Shown here: positions 1-13,583 of the stretch, piece after piece | Numbering within the stretch: position 1 is the stretch's first letter | Layout: the number at the start of each line of letters is the position of its first letter | Assembly (NCBI GenBank): GCA_032718475.1 | Contig: JAUCBJ010008300.1 | Span: forward strand, 60,541 to 124,540 | Source of the DNA: Nemertoderma westbladi | Taxonomy: Eukaryota; Animalia; Xenacoelomorpha | Reading direction: 5' to 3' | DNA: 64,000 nt | Translations under genes and position numbers: made by a program | The notes under the pieces: generated by a model | The model's input: only the letters and a program-made list of their open reading frames with translations | Told to the model about the DNA's origin: nothing | The model's database searches: none

Positions 1-2004
1 GATATGGGCTTGCCGTTATTCGCCTCGATGGGGCTGGCTGTCACGGGTCTTATTTTCCTATAATTGCGCTAAATTAATGTTTGTGCATCATGTTATTAGT
101 ACCGCTAAATTAAGCACCGGCAAAATTACCTTATATGGTGACGTTTTGAGGGTTAGGGGGGCAATAGGGCTACAATCCGGCCTTCTTATTGGACTAACTG
201 CTTCCAGGTTGGCTTAATGCTAGCGCGGGCTGGAGAGCCAATAAGAGAGCGATTGAGTCACCTTATTGCATCACCCCACTCGGATCACCTATAAATTGGC
301 GGTCTGCCGGTAGAGCTGTACCAATCCCCATTACCACCCATTACCTTCAGTTCAACCTGTTAGAAGTATAATTTAGCGTATTTCTGCAATTTTCTACTTT
401 CGATTAATTTCTCGACATGATTTGCTAGTGCGATTATTCTTGATTGCGTTTCTCAATTAATCCTATCGATTACTGCTAATTACAACCGGAACTATGATTT
501 CTACCCTTTTTGTTAATGGTTCTATGTGATTCTTTTCTACGCAATAATCCTACGGGATTTATGCGCCGCTACGGTAGCTATTAGCATAATGGAGGGCTAA
601 GGTGCCGGTAGGCGGTGGGCACATCGGGGGGTTGAGCGACTAAGGGAGAGCGGAGGATTCAAAGGCGGGCAACGCTGGCGGAGGGCCACCGTTGCGGTCA
701 GGCAATTCGCGCTGTAGCACGCAGACCATTCGCCGATACAGTAATTAGGGGGCTGATGATCCAGGTTTCGTCTCTATTTAGTGTTAGGGGGGCAGGAATC
801 GGGTTAGTTAGGAAACCTAGATGTATCCGGGAGAGGCCTGCGCGTATTACAGCGTAGAGCGTAGAGTGTGTAGTACGAATAGTGAATCACACAATTGTGG
901 GCTATACAGTAGTTAACTACATAATTGCGAACGGTGATTGCTGATGCTGATTGGTGTGTTACTGAAGTGTGCCTATGATTATGAATGTTTAGGTAGGCGC
1001 CCTTTTCTCTTTGATTGATTTCTATTTCTTAGTTACAACAAATAATTACTGATTAAGTCAAAGTAATACGGTAATTTAGGCTATTACTAGCGAAACCTGT
1101 TGCGTAATAAATTAGAATTACGCATTCTGGAACTCTTAGTAATTAGTACGCTGTTACATATTTGTGACTGTAGTTGATTAGTAAAATTAAGAATTAGTAC
1201 GCAGCATAGCGGAGAATAGCTAAGGTAATAATTAGGGTACTGTAAACTATTCACGCTGAGCGGTTATTTGCATTAGCGGGCAATCAGCCAGATCGCATTA
1301 TTCAGTACGCAATAGGATAGTAATTTGCTGGCCTAAAGCCAGCCGCAGGCAAGTTTAGACCCATAGTGGTATTATCCACGTAGAAACAAATACTGTATCA
1401 TTTGATTATTTTAAATATTCTCGCATTCATACATTCTGTTAGGGAACCCCACGTATTCGCGATTAGAAAAGGCGTAGGAAAATAGTGTGCTTTAATAGTG
1501 ATAAAATTAGGCGTAAGAGTACTCTGAGTGCAAAGCCTCTCGCACTCGTCTTAAGTAAGCTTAGGGAGCCGACTCGGGTTTATTGTTTTGGTTATTCCCG
1601 CATGGCTCATAGATTCGAACAGTTAGCTCTCTATCGAGCGATCGGTAGAAACTGACAGACAAACTGACAAATGGTACCACCAAGGTACCGGACCTGTCGC
1701 GGTACCGTACCAGCGTGGTATGGGTATGCATGCGCTACCAAATCAGTCAGCCAGTTGAATGTACTATCTGATTATACTAACTGTACTATTCTGCTATTCC
1801 CATATACCAGTATACCAGCGGTATAGGAGGACTATAACTAAACCAGTAAACTGTCTCTGTCTGTCTGTAGGTTAAGTATACTGGTATAAATCATTCTAAG
1901 GTCAGCTGACGATAGCAGTACAGCTTACAGTAGTATGAAATGAATGGACTTCGCTAGCGAAGTCGGATCAGACAGTATGCCATTCCTGTAGTATAGTAGT
2001 CCTT
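1..2004. mobile_element. Unidentified non-coding non-satellite block, possibly the end of an LTR or other TE, truncated by the window start
   Basis: No ORF of 60 aa or more in any frame over 2 kb. Composition resembles the LTRs at 38947 and 52361, but I saw no alignable match. It joins the satellite abruptly mid-monomer at ~2005 (..gtagtcctt|ggttagaag). TE identity is inference only. Confidence 0.35.
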
Positions 2005-5000
2005 GGTTAGAAGTCATGAATATGAAAATCGACGTCGTTTTTTGTAAAAAATCAGAGGAGATTTTAATAAATTATTGCTGAAAAACACCAAGGATTTTGA
2101 CAAGGATTTAATACTCATTATATTCATGAACTAGCTGAGATATTTGAGGTGAATTATTGTATCACATATTAACTTTGGCTCCAGCCGCTTTGGCAATACG
2201 ATGAAACTATAATAAATATTCTAGAACACATCAATATTAACAGGGAGATAGGCTACTTATATCTTCACTCTGAGAGCCTCAAAAAGGGGGTGTTCCGACG
2301 CAATCAAAATTCATCCATCTCCAGGGGAAAGACGAAGCAAAGAACGGCTGATTACTTCTATAAATGTAAGGGTTACCTGCTCTTTTGACTTTCATTTAAG
2401 ATTGTATATCTCTTGGATTGGGTTAGAAGTCATGAATATGAAAATCGATGTCGTTTTTTGAAAAAAATCAGAGGAGATTTTAATAAATTATTGCTGAAAT
2501 CACCAAGGATTTTGACATGGCTTTAATACTCATTATATTCATGAACTAGCTGAGATATTTGAGGTGAATTATTGCATTACATATTAACTTTGGCTCCAGC
2601 CGCTTTGGCAATACGATGAATCTATAATAAATATTCTAGAACACAACAATATTAACAGGAAGATAGGCTACTTATCTCTCCACTCAGACAGCCACAGGTA
2701 GGGAGGTGTGTTTTGACACAATCAAAATTTAACCATCTCCAGGGGAAAGACGAAGCAAATAACAGCTGATTACTTCTATAAATGTAAGTGTTACCTGTTC
2801 TTATGACTTTTGTTTAAGATTCTCTATCTCGTGGAGTGCGTTAGAAGTTATAAATTTAAAAATCGATGTCGTTTTTTGTAAAAAATCTGAGAATATTTTG
2901 ATAAATTATTGCTGAAAGCCCAAGGATTTTGACATGGCTTTAATACTTCATTATGTTCATGAAAAAACTTAGATATTTGAGGTGAATTATTGCATTACAT
3001 AATAACTTGAACTCCAGCCACATTAGCAATACGATGAAACTATAATAAATATTCTACAACAGAACAATATTAACAGGGAAATAGGCTACTTATCTCTCCA
3101 CTCTGAGAGCCTCAGAAAGGGGGTGTTCCGATGCAATCAAAATTCATCCATCACCAGGAGGGGAAAGGCGAAGCAAAGAATAGCTGATTACTTCTATAAA
3201 TGTAAGTGTTACCTGTTCTTTTGACTTTCGTTTAAGATTGTCTATCTCTTGGAGTGGGTTAGAAGACATGAATATGAAAATCAATGTCGTTTTTTGTAAA
3301 AAATCAGAGGAGATTTTAATAAATTAATGCTGAAAAACACCAAGGATTTTGACATGGCTTTAATACTCATTATATTCATGAAATAGCTGAGAAATTTGAG
3401 GTGAATTATTGTATCACATATTAACTTCGGCTCCAGCCGCTTTGGCAATACGATGAAACTATAATAAATATTCTAGAACACAACAATATTAACAGGGAGA
3501 TAGGCTACCTATCTCTCCACTCTGAGAGCCTGAGAAAGGGGGTGTTCCGATGCAATCAAAATTCATCCATCAACAGGGGAAAGGCGAAGCAAAGAACAGC
3601 TGATTACGGCTATAAATGTAAGTGTTACCTGTTCTTTTGACTTTCATTTAAGATTCGCTATCTCATGGAGTGGGTTAGAAGTTATAAATATGAAAATCGA
3701 TGTGGTTTTTTGTAAAAAATCAGAGGATATTTTAATAAATTAATGCTGAAAAACACCAAGGATTTTATACTCATTATATTCATAAACTATTTGAGATATT
3801 TAATACGATGAAACTATAATAAATATTCTAGAACACAACAATATTAACAGGGAGATAGGCTACTTATATCTTCACTCTGAGAGCCACAGATAGGGGGTGT
3901 TCCGATGCAATCAAAAGAAATCCATCTCCTGGAGAAAGACGAAGCAAATAACAGCTGATTACTTCTATAAATGTAAGTATTACCTGTTCTTATGACTTTC
4001 GTTTAAGATTCTCTATCTCGTGGAGTGGGTTAGAAGTTATAAATATGAAAATCGATGTCGTTTTTTGTACAAAATCAGAGGAGATTTTAATAAATTAATG
4101 CTGAAAAACACCAAGGATTTTGACATGGCTTTAATACTTATTATATTCATAAAATAGCTCAAAATTTGAGGTGAATTATTGTATCACATATTAAGTTCGG
4201 CTCCTGCTGATTTGGCAATACGATGAAACTATAATACATATTCTAGAACACAACAATATTAACAGGTAGATAGGCTACTTATATCTTTACTCTGAGAGCC
4301 TCAAAAAGGAGGTGTTCCGACGCAATCAAAATTCATCCATCTCCAGGGGAAAGACGAAGCAAAAAACAGCTGATTACTTCTATAAATGTAAGTGTTACCT
4401 GCTCTTTTGACTTTCATTTAAGATTGTCTATCTCTTGGAGTGGGTTAGAAGTCATGAATATGAAAATCGATGTGGTTTTTTGTAAAAAATCAGAGGATAT
4501 TTTAATAAATTAATGCTGAAAAACACCAAGGATTTTGACATGGCTTTAATACTCATTATATTCATGAAATAGCTGAGAAATTTGAGGTGAATTATTGTAT
4601 CACATATTAACTTCGGCTCCAGCCGCTTTGGCAATACGATGAAACTATAATAAATATTCTAGAACACAACAATATTAACAGGGAGATAGGCTACTTATCT
4701 CTTCACTCAGAGAGCCTCAAAAAGGGGGTGTTCTGACACAATCAAAATTCATCCATCTCCAGGGGAAAGACGAAGCAAAGAACAGCTGATTTCTTCTATA
4801 AATTTAAGTGTTACCTGCTCCTTTGACTTTCATTTAAGATTGTCTATCTCTTGGAGTGGGTTAGAAGTCATGAATATGAAAATCGATGTCGTTTTATGTA
4901 AAAAATCAGAGGAGATTTTAATAAATTAATGCTGAAAAACACCAAGGATTTTGACATGGCTTTAATACTCATTATATTCATGAAATAGCTGAGAAATTTG

Positions 5001-8000
5001 AGGTGAATTATTGTATCACATATTAACTTCGGCTCCAGCCGCTTTGGCAATACGATGAAACTATAAAAAATATTCTAGAACACAACAATATTAACAGGGA
5101 GATAGGCTACTTATATCTTCACTCTGAGAGCCTCAAAAAGGGGGTGTTCCGACGCAATCAAAATTCATCCATCTCCAGGGGAAAGACGAAGCAAAGAACG
5201 GCTGATTACTTCTATAAATGTAAGGGTTACCTGCTCTTTTGACTTTCATTTAAGATTGTCTATCTCTTGGAGTGGGTTAGAAGTCATGAATATGAAAATC
5301 GATGTCGTTTTTTGAAAAAAATCAGAGGAGATTTTAATAAATTATTGCTGAAATCACCAAGGATTTTGACATGGCTTTAATACTCATTATATTCATGAAA
5401 TAGCTGAGAAATTTGAGGTGAATTATTGCATTACATATTAACTTTGGCTCCAGCAGCTTTGGCAATACGGTGAAACTATAATAAATATTCTAGAACACAA
5501 CAATATTAACAGGAAGATAGGCTACTTATCTCTCCACTCTGAGAGCCTCAGAAAGGGGGTGTTCCGACGCAATCAAAATTCATCCATCTCCTGGGGAAAG
5601 ACGAAGCAAATAACAGCTGATTACTTCTATAAATGTAAGTGTTACCTGTTCTTATGACTTTCGTTTAAGATTCTAAATCTCGTGGAGTGGGTTAGAAGTT
5701 ATAAATATGAAAATCGATGTCGTTTTTTATAAAAAATCTGAGAATATTTTGATAAATTATTGCTGAAAGCCCAAGGATTTTGACATGGCTTTAATACTTC
5801 ATTATGATCATGAAAAAACTTAGATATTTGAGGTGAATTATTCCATTACATTATAACTTTAACTCCAGCCACATTAGCAATACGATGAAACTATAATAAA
5901 TATTCTACAACAGAACAATATTAACAGGGAAATAGGCTACTTATCTCTCCACTCTGAGAGCCTCAGAAAGGGTGTGTTCCGATGCAATCAAAATTCATCC
6001 ATCACCAGGGGAAAGGCGAAGCAAAGAATAGCTGATTACTTCTATAAATGTAAGTGTTACCCCTGTTCTTTTGACTTTCATTTAAGATTGTCTATCTCTT
6101 GGAGTGGGTTAGAAGTCATGAATATGAAAATCGATGTCGTTTTATGTAAAAAATCAGAGGAGATTTTAATAAATTAATGCTGAAAAACACCAAGGATTTT
6201 GACATGTCTTTAATACTCATTATATTCATGAAATAGCTGAGAAATTTGAGGTGAATTATTGTATCACATATTAACTTCTACTCCAGCCGCTTTGGCAATA
6301 CAATGAAACTATAATAAATATTCTAGAACACAACAATATTAACAGGAAGATAGGCTACTTATCTCTCCACTCTGAGAGCCTCAGAAAGGGGGTGTTCCGA
6401 CGCAATCAAAATTCATCCATCTCCTGGGGAAAGACGAAGCAAATAACAGCTGATTACTTCTATAAATGTAAGTGTTACCTGTTCTTATGACTTTCGTTTA
6501 ATATTCTCTATCTCGTGGAGTGGGTTAGAAGTTATAAATATGAAAATCGATGTCGTTTTTTATAAAAAATCTGAGAATATTTTGATAAATTATTGCTGAA
6601 AGCCCAAGGATTTTGACATGGCTTTAATACTTCATTATGTTCATGAAAAAAATTAGATATTTGAGGCTAATTATTCCATTACATAATAACTTTAACTCCA
6701 GCCACATTAGCAATACGATGAAACTATAATAAATATTCTACAACAGAACAATATAAACAGGGAAATAGGCTACTTATCTCTCCACTCTGAGAGCCTCAGA
6801 AAGGGGGTGTTCCGATGCAATCAAAATTCATCCAACAACAGGGGAAAGGCGAAGCAAAGAACAGCTTATTACGGCTATAAATGTAAGTGTTACCTGTTCT
6901 TTTGACTTTCATTTAAGATTCGCTATCTCATGGAGTGGGTTAGAAGTTATAAATATGAAAATCGATGTAGTTTTTGAAAAAAATCAAAGGATATTATGAT
7001 TAATTATTGCTGAAAAACCCCAAGGATTTTGACATGGCTTTAATACTCATTATATTCATGAAATAGCTGAGAAATTTGAGGGGAATTATTGTATCACATA
7101 TTAACTTCGGCTCCAGCCGCTTTGGCAATACGATGAAACTATATTAAATATTCTAGAACACAACAATATTAACAGGGAGATAGGCTACTTATCTCTCCAC
7201 TCTGAGAGCCTCAGAAAGGGGGTGTTCCGACGCAATCAAAATTCATCCATCTCCTGGGGAAAGACGAAGCAAATAACAGCTGATTACTTCTATAAATGTA
7301 AGTGTTACCTGTTCTTATGACTTTTGTTTAAGATTCTAATTCTCGTGGAGTGGGTTAGAAGTTATAAATATGAAAATCGATGTCGTTTTTTATAAAAAAT
7401 CTGAGAATATTTTGATAAATTATTGCTGAAAGCCCAAGGATTTTGACATGGCTTTAATACTTCATTATGTTCATGAAAAAACTTAGATATTTGAGGTGAA
7501 TTATTGCATTACATTATAACTTTAACTCCAGCCACATTAGCAATACGATGAAACTATAATAAATATTCTACAACAGAACAATATTAACAGGGAAATAGGC
7601 TACTTATCTCTCCACTCTGAGAGCCTCAGAAAGGGGGTGTTCCGATGCAATCAAAATTCATCCATCAACAGGGGAAAGGCGAAGCAAAGAACAGCTTATT
7701 ACGGCTATAAATGTAAGTGTTACCTGTTCTTTTGACTTTCATTTAAGATTCGCTATCTCATGGAGTGGGTTAGAAGTTATAAATATGAAAATCGATGTAG
7801 TTTTGTAAAAAATCAGAGGATATTTTGATAAATTATTGCTGAAAAACCCCAAGGATTTTGACATGGCTTTAATACTCATTATATTCATGAACTAGCTGAG
7901 ATATTTGAGGTGAATTATTGCATTACATATTAACTTTGGCTCCAGCCGCTTTGGCAATACGATGAATCTATAATAAATATTCTAGAACACAACAATATTA

Positions 8001-11000
8001 ACAGGAAGATAGGCTACTTATCTCTCCACTCAGACAGCCACAGGTAGGGAGGGGTGTTTTGACACAATCAAAATTTAACCATCTCCAGGGGAAAGACGAA
8101 GCAAATAACAGCTGATTACTTCTATAAATATAAGTGTTACCTGTTCTTATGACTTTTGTTTAAGATTCTCTATCTCGTGGAGTGCGTTAGAAGTTATAAA
8201 TATGAAAATCGATGTCTTTTTTTGTAAAAAAATCTGAGAATATTTTGATAAATTATTGCTGAAAGCCCAAGGATTTTGACATGGCTTTAATACTTCATTA
8301 TGTTCATGAAATAGCTGAGAAATTTGAGGTCAGTTATTGTAATACATATTATCTTCGGCTCCAGCCGCTTTGGCAATACGATGAAACTATAATAAATATT
8401 CTAGAACACAACAATATTAACAGGGAGATAGCCTAATTATATCTTCACTCTGAGAGCCTCAAAAAGGGGGTGTTCCGACGCAATCAAATTTCATCCATCT
8501 CCTGGGGAAAGACGAAGCAAATAACAGCTGATTACTTCTATAAATGTAAGTTTTACCTGTTCTTATGACTTTCGTTTAAGATTATCTATCTCGTGGAGTG
8601 GGTTAGAAGATATAAATATGAAAATCGATGTCGTTTTTTGTAAAAAATCTGAGGATATTTTGATAAATTATTGCTGAAAGCCCAAGGATTTTGACATGGC
8701 TTTAATACTTCATTATGTTCATGAAAAAACTTAGATATTTGAGGTGAATTATTGCATTACATAATAACTCCAGCCACATTAGCAATACGATGAAACTATA
8801 ATAAATATTCTACAACAGAACAATATTAACGGGGAAATAGGCTACTTATCTATTTACTCTTAGAGCCTCAAAAAGCGGGTGTTCCGACGCAATCAAATTT
8901 CATCCATCTCCAGGGGAAAGGCGAAGCAAAGAACAGCTGATTACTTCTATAAATGAAAGTGTTACCTGTTCTTATGACTTTCGTTTAAGATGCTCTATCT
9001 CGTGGAGTGGGTTAGAAGTTATTAATATGAAAATCGATGTGGTTTTTGAAAAAAATCAGAGGATATTTTGATAAATTATTGCTGAAAAACCCCAAGGATT
9101 TTGACATGGCTTTAATACTCATTATATTCATGAACTAGCTGAGATATTTGAGGTGAATTATTGCATTACATATTAACTTTGGCTCCAGCCGCTTTGGCAA
9201 TACGATGAATCTATAATAAATATTCTAGAACACAACAATATTAACAGGAAGATAGGCTACTTATCTCTCTACTCAGACAGCCACAGGTAGGGAGGGGTGT
9301 TTTGACACAATCAAAATTTAACCATCTCCAGGGGAAAGACGAAGCAAATAACAGCTGATTACTTCTATAAATATAAGTGTTACCTGTTCTTATGACTTTT
9401 GTTTAAGATTCTCTATCTCGTGGAGTGCGTTAGAAGTTATAAATATGAAAATCGATGTCTTTTTTTGTAAAAAATCTGAGAATATTTTGATAAATTATTG
9501 CTGAAAGCCCAAGGATTTTGACATGGCTTTAATACTTCATTATGTTCATGAAATAGCTGAGAAATTTGAGGTCAGTTATTGTAATACATATTATCTTCGG
9601 CTCCAGCCGCTTTGGCAATACGATGAAACTATAATAAATATTCTAGAACACAACAATATTAACAGGGAGATAGCCTAATTATATCTTCACTCTGAGAGCC
9701 TCAAAAAGGGGGTGTTCCGACGCAATCAAATTTCATCCATCTCCTGGGGAAAGACGAAGCAAATAACAGCTGATTACTTCTATAAATGTAAGTTTTACCT
9801 GTTCTTATGACTTTCGTTTAAGATTATCTATCTCGTGGAGTGGGTTAGAAGATATAAATATGAAAATCGATGTCGTTTTTTGTAAAAAATCTGAGGATAT
9901 TTTGATAAATTATTGCTGAAAGCCCAAGGATTTTGACATGGCTTTAATACTTCATTATGTTCATGAAAAAACTTAGATATTTGAGGTGAATTATTGCATT
10001 ACATAATAACTCCAGCCACATTAGCAATACGATGAAACTATAATAAATATTCTACAACAGAACAATATTAACGGGGAAATAGGCTACTTATCTCTTTACT
10101 CTTAGAGCCTCAAAAAGCGGGTGTTCCGACGCAATCAAAATTCATCCATCTCCAGGGGAAAGACGAAGCAAAGAACAGCTGATTACTTCTATAAATGTAA
10201 GTGTTACCTGCTCTTTTGACTTTCATTTAAGATTGTCTATCTCTTGGAGTGGGTTAGAAGTCATGAATATGAAAATCGACGTCGTTTTTTGTAAAAAATC
10301 AGAGGAGATTTTAATAAATTATTGCTGAAAAACACCAAGGATTTTGACAAGGATTTAATACTCATTATATTCATGAACTAGCTGAGATATTTGAGGTGAA
10401 TTATTGCATTACATATTAACTTTGGCTCCAGCCGCTTTGGCAATACGATGAAACTATAATAAATATTCTAGAACACAACAATATTAACAGGGAGATAGGC
10501 TACTTTAATTATCTCTCCACTCTGAGAGCCTCAGAAAGGGGGTGTTCCGACGCAATCAAAATTCATCCATCTCCTGGGGAAAGACGAAGCAAATAACAGC
10601 TGAATACTTCTATAAATGTAAGTTTTACCTGTTCTTATGACTTTCGTTTAAGATTATCTATCTCGTGGAGTGGGTTAGAAGATATAAATATGAAAATCGA
10701 TGTCGTTTTATGTAAAAAATCTGAGGAAATTTTAATAAATTAATGCTGAAAAACACCAAGGATTTTGACATGGCTTTAATACTCATTATATTCATGAAAT
10801 AGCTGAGAAATTTGAGGTGAATTATTGTATCACATATTAACTTCGGCTCCAGCCGCTTTGGCAATACGATGAAACTATAATAAATATTCTAGAACACATC
10901 AATATTAACAGGGAGATAGGCTACTTATATCTTCACTCTGAGAGCCTTAAAAAGGGGGTGTTCCGACGCAATCAAAATTCATCCATCTCCAGGGGAAAGA

Positions 11001-12031
11001 CGAAGCAAAGAACGGCTGATTACTTCTATAAATGTAAGGGTTACCTGCTCTTTTGACTTTCATTTAAGATTGTATATCTCTTGGATTGGGTTAGAAGTCA
11101 TGAATATGAAAATCGATGTCGTTTTTTGAAAAAAATCAGAGGAGATTTTAATAAATTATTGCTGAAATCACCAAGGATTTTGACATGGCTTTAATACTCA
11201 TTATATTCATGAACTAGCTGAGATATTTGAGGTGAATTATTGCATTACATATTAACTTTGGCTCCAGCCGCTTTGGCAATACGATGAATCTATAATAAAT
11301 ATTCTAGAACACAACAATATTAACAGGAAGATAGGCTACTTATCTCTCCACTCAGACAGCCACAGGTAGGGAGGTGTGTTTTGACACATTCAAAATTTAA
11401 CCATCTCCAGGGGAAAGACGAAGCAAATAACAGCTGATTACTTCTATAAATGTAAGTGTTACCTGTTCTTATGACTTTTGTTTAAGATTCTCTATCTCGT
11501 GGAGTGCGTTAGAAGTTATAAATTTAAAAATCGATGTCGTTTTTTGTAAAAAATCTGAGAATATTTTGATAAATTATTGCTGAAAGCCCAAGGATTTTGA
11601 CATGGCTTTAATACTTCATTATGTTCATGAAAAAACTTAGATATTTGAGATGAATTATTGCATTACATAATAACTTGAACTCCAGCCACATTAGCAATAC
11701 GATGAAACTATAATAAATATTCTACAACAGAACAATATTAACAGGGAAATAGGCTACTTATCTCTCCACTCTGAGAGCCTCAGAAAGGGGGTGTTCCGAT
11801 GCAATCAAAATTCATCCATCACCAGGAGGGGAAAGGCGAAGCAAAGAATAGCTGATTACTTCTATAAATGTAAGTGTTACCTGTTCTTTTGACTTTCGTT
11901 TAAGATTGTCTATCTCTTGGAGTGGGTTAGAAGACATGAATATGAAAATCAATGTCGTTTTTTGTAAAAAATCAGAGGAGATTTTAATAAATTAATGCTG
12001 AAAAACACCAAGGATTTTGACATGGCTTTAA

Positions 12032-13583
12032 CCCTATTAAACCCGGGGAGGGGTCAATATGACCCCCCCCGTGGTTTTTTTATTATAATTCTGAAACAAA
12101 CGCAGTTGGGAATCTGAAATTTTACGACTTTTCCTAAAAATCTATTGTCTTCATGGTAGTGAAAACCGTTTTCAAAAATATTGGGTACTTTTCGAGTTAT
12201 AGCACCATTTTTTAACCCTACTTTTGGCACTTTTTTTGAGACGTTTTTTGAAAATTACATTTCATTAAATATGAATTGTAACATCTCGGTTTTTGATTTA
12301 CACCAGTTTTTTGGTGTTAGAAATTGGATGGAATTCATATAAATTGATTTAGAAATTTCAAACTTGTTTTTTTCGATGGGTGCCAAATTTTGGTGCCAGC
12401 ACCAAATTTTGAAATAAGTCAATTTTGTAAATTGATTATTTGAAACTTGTTTTTTACGCAATTGGGGTTTTTTGAGGTTCTGGATTCGATGAAATATATA
12501 CGAGTTGAACCAAGCGTATCAAACTTGTATTTTTCGGTGCTGTGTGCTAATTTTGGTGCTAGCACGAAATTTTGAAAATCCATTCAATATATAAAATTGC
12601 TTGTGACAATTTATTTCTTGCGTTTTAGAGGTTTATGGCTGTTCTGAATTCAATGGAAAATATAATTATCGAACTAGACATCTCAAACTTGTATTTTTCG
12701 GATGTGGGTGCAAAATGTGGTGCTAGCACCAAATTTTGAAAACCATCAAATATATCAATTGATTGTGTCACCTTGTTTCTTGCGTTATACGGGTTTGTGA
12801 TGGTTCTGAATTCAATGGAATCAGTAAAAATTTCATAAGAGTTCTCAAACTTGTATTTTTCGCCGGTGGGTGAAAATTGTTGTGCCAGCACCAAATTTTG
12901 GAAAATATGCAAATTGATAAGTAGATAGTATCACCTTGTTTCTTGCGTTATACGGGTTTATGAGGGTCCTGAATCCGATGGAATCAATAAAAACAGCACT
13001 GGACATCGCAAACTTGTACTTTTTGGTGATGGGTACGAAATTTGGTGCTAGCACCAAAATTTGCTAAATTACGCCGAAAAATACAAGTAACAATGATCTG
13101 GCATATTAGAAATGTATTCCATTAGAATCAGCGCCCTCGAAAACCTGAAAATGTGAATTTATAGCATCGTATAAGTGAATTAAAAATTTTGTGTTCTAAC
13201 TGAAAAGTGCTGGTTACTTGTTTTTTTCATTTTTTTCCTACGCAGAGAGGACTAAACAGCCATTTATAGTAATCATATCATTTTTAAATATTTTCCAATG
13301 TATTTTGCACCCCAAAAAACCTGTATTGAAAAATAATTAGCCGAAAATGTAACTTTCAAATTTTGTGAAAATTGTGCACTACTTGTAATTTTGGTGCTGC
13401 AATGTAACCACCCCAGTACATTTTTTCGAAAAATTTTTTTTTCGGTTGGATCCAGACAAGTGATACCTACGTACAAACAAAAAATCAGACGTTTTCGTAA
13501 ATATTTGTAGATTTTAGAGGGGGGGGTCAATATGACCCCCTCCCGGTATTTGTACAACATTTTATAGCCCGGTACTAATAGGG
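12032..13583. mobile_element. Non-autonomous piggyBac-superfamily DNA transposon, 1552 bp
   Basis: TTAA is duplicated at 12028-12031 and 13584-13587. Termini are CCCTATTAAACCCGGG and CCCGGTACTAATAGGG (13/16 inverted match). The subterminal palindrome GGGGTCAATATGACCCC occurs at both ends with asymmetric spacing. No transposase ORF. The paralogous empty site has a single TTAA at 3360-3363. Confidence 0.93.
12340..13070. repeat. Degenerate ~165-bp internal tandem repeat (about 5 copies) inside the piggyBac element
   Basis: A motif of the form tcaaacttgtattttt..TTTGGTGCTAGCACCAAAtttt recurs near 12390, 12553, 12718, 12881 and 13041. Confidence 0.8.

Noticed and set aside
2318-2345. CENP-B box in the monomer (minus-strand cttcgtctttcccctgg)
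   Set aside because: Only TTCG matches; the required A and CGGG positions are absent.
12255-13560. Short ORFs in the piggyBac element as transposase
   Set aside because: They have no DDD-domain motifs and derive from the internal repeats and termini.
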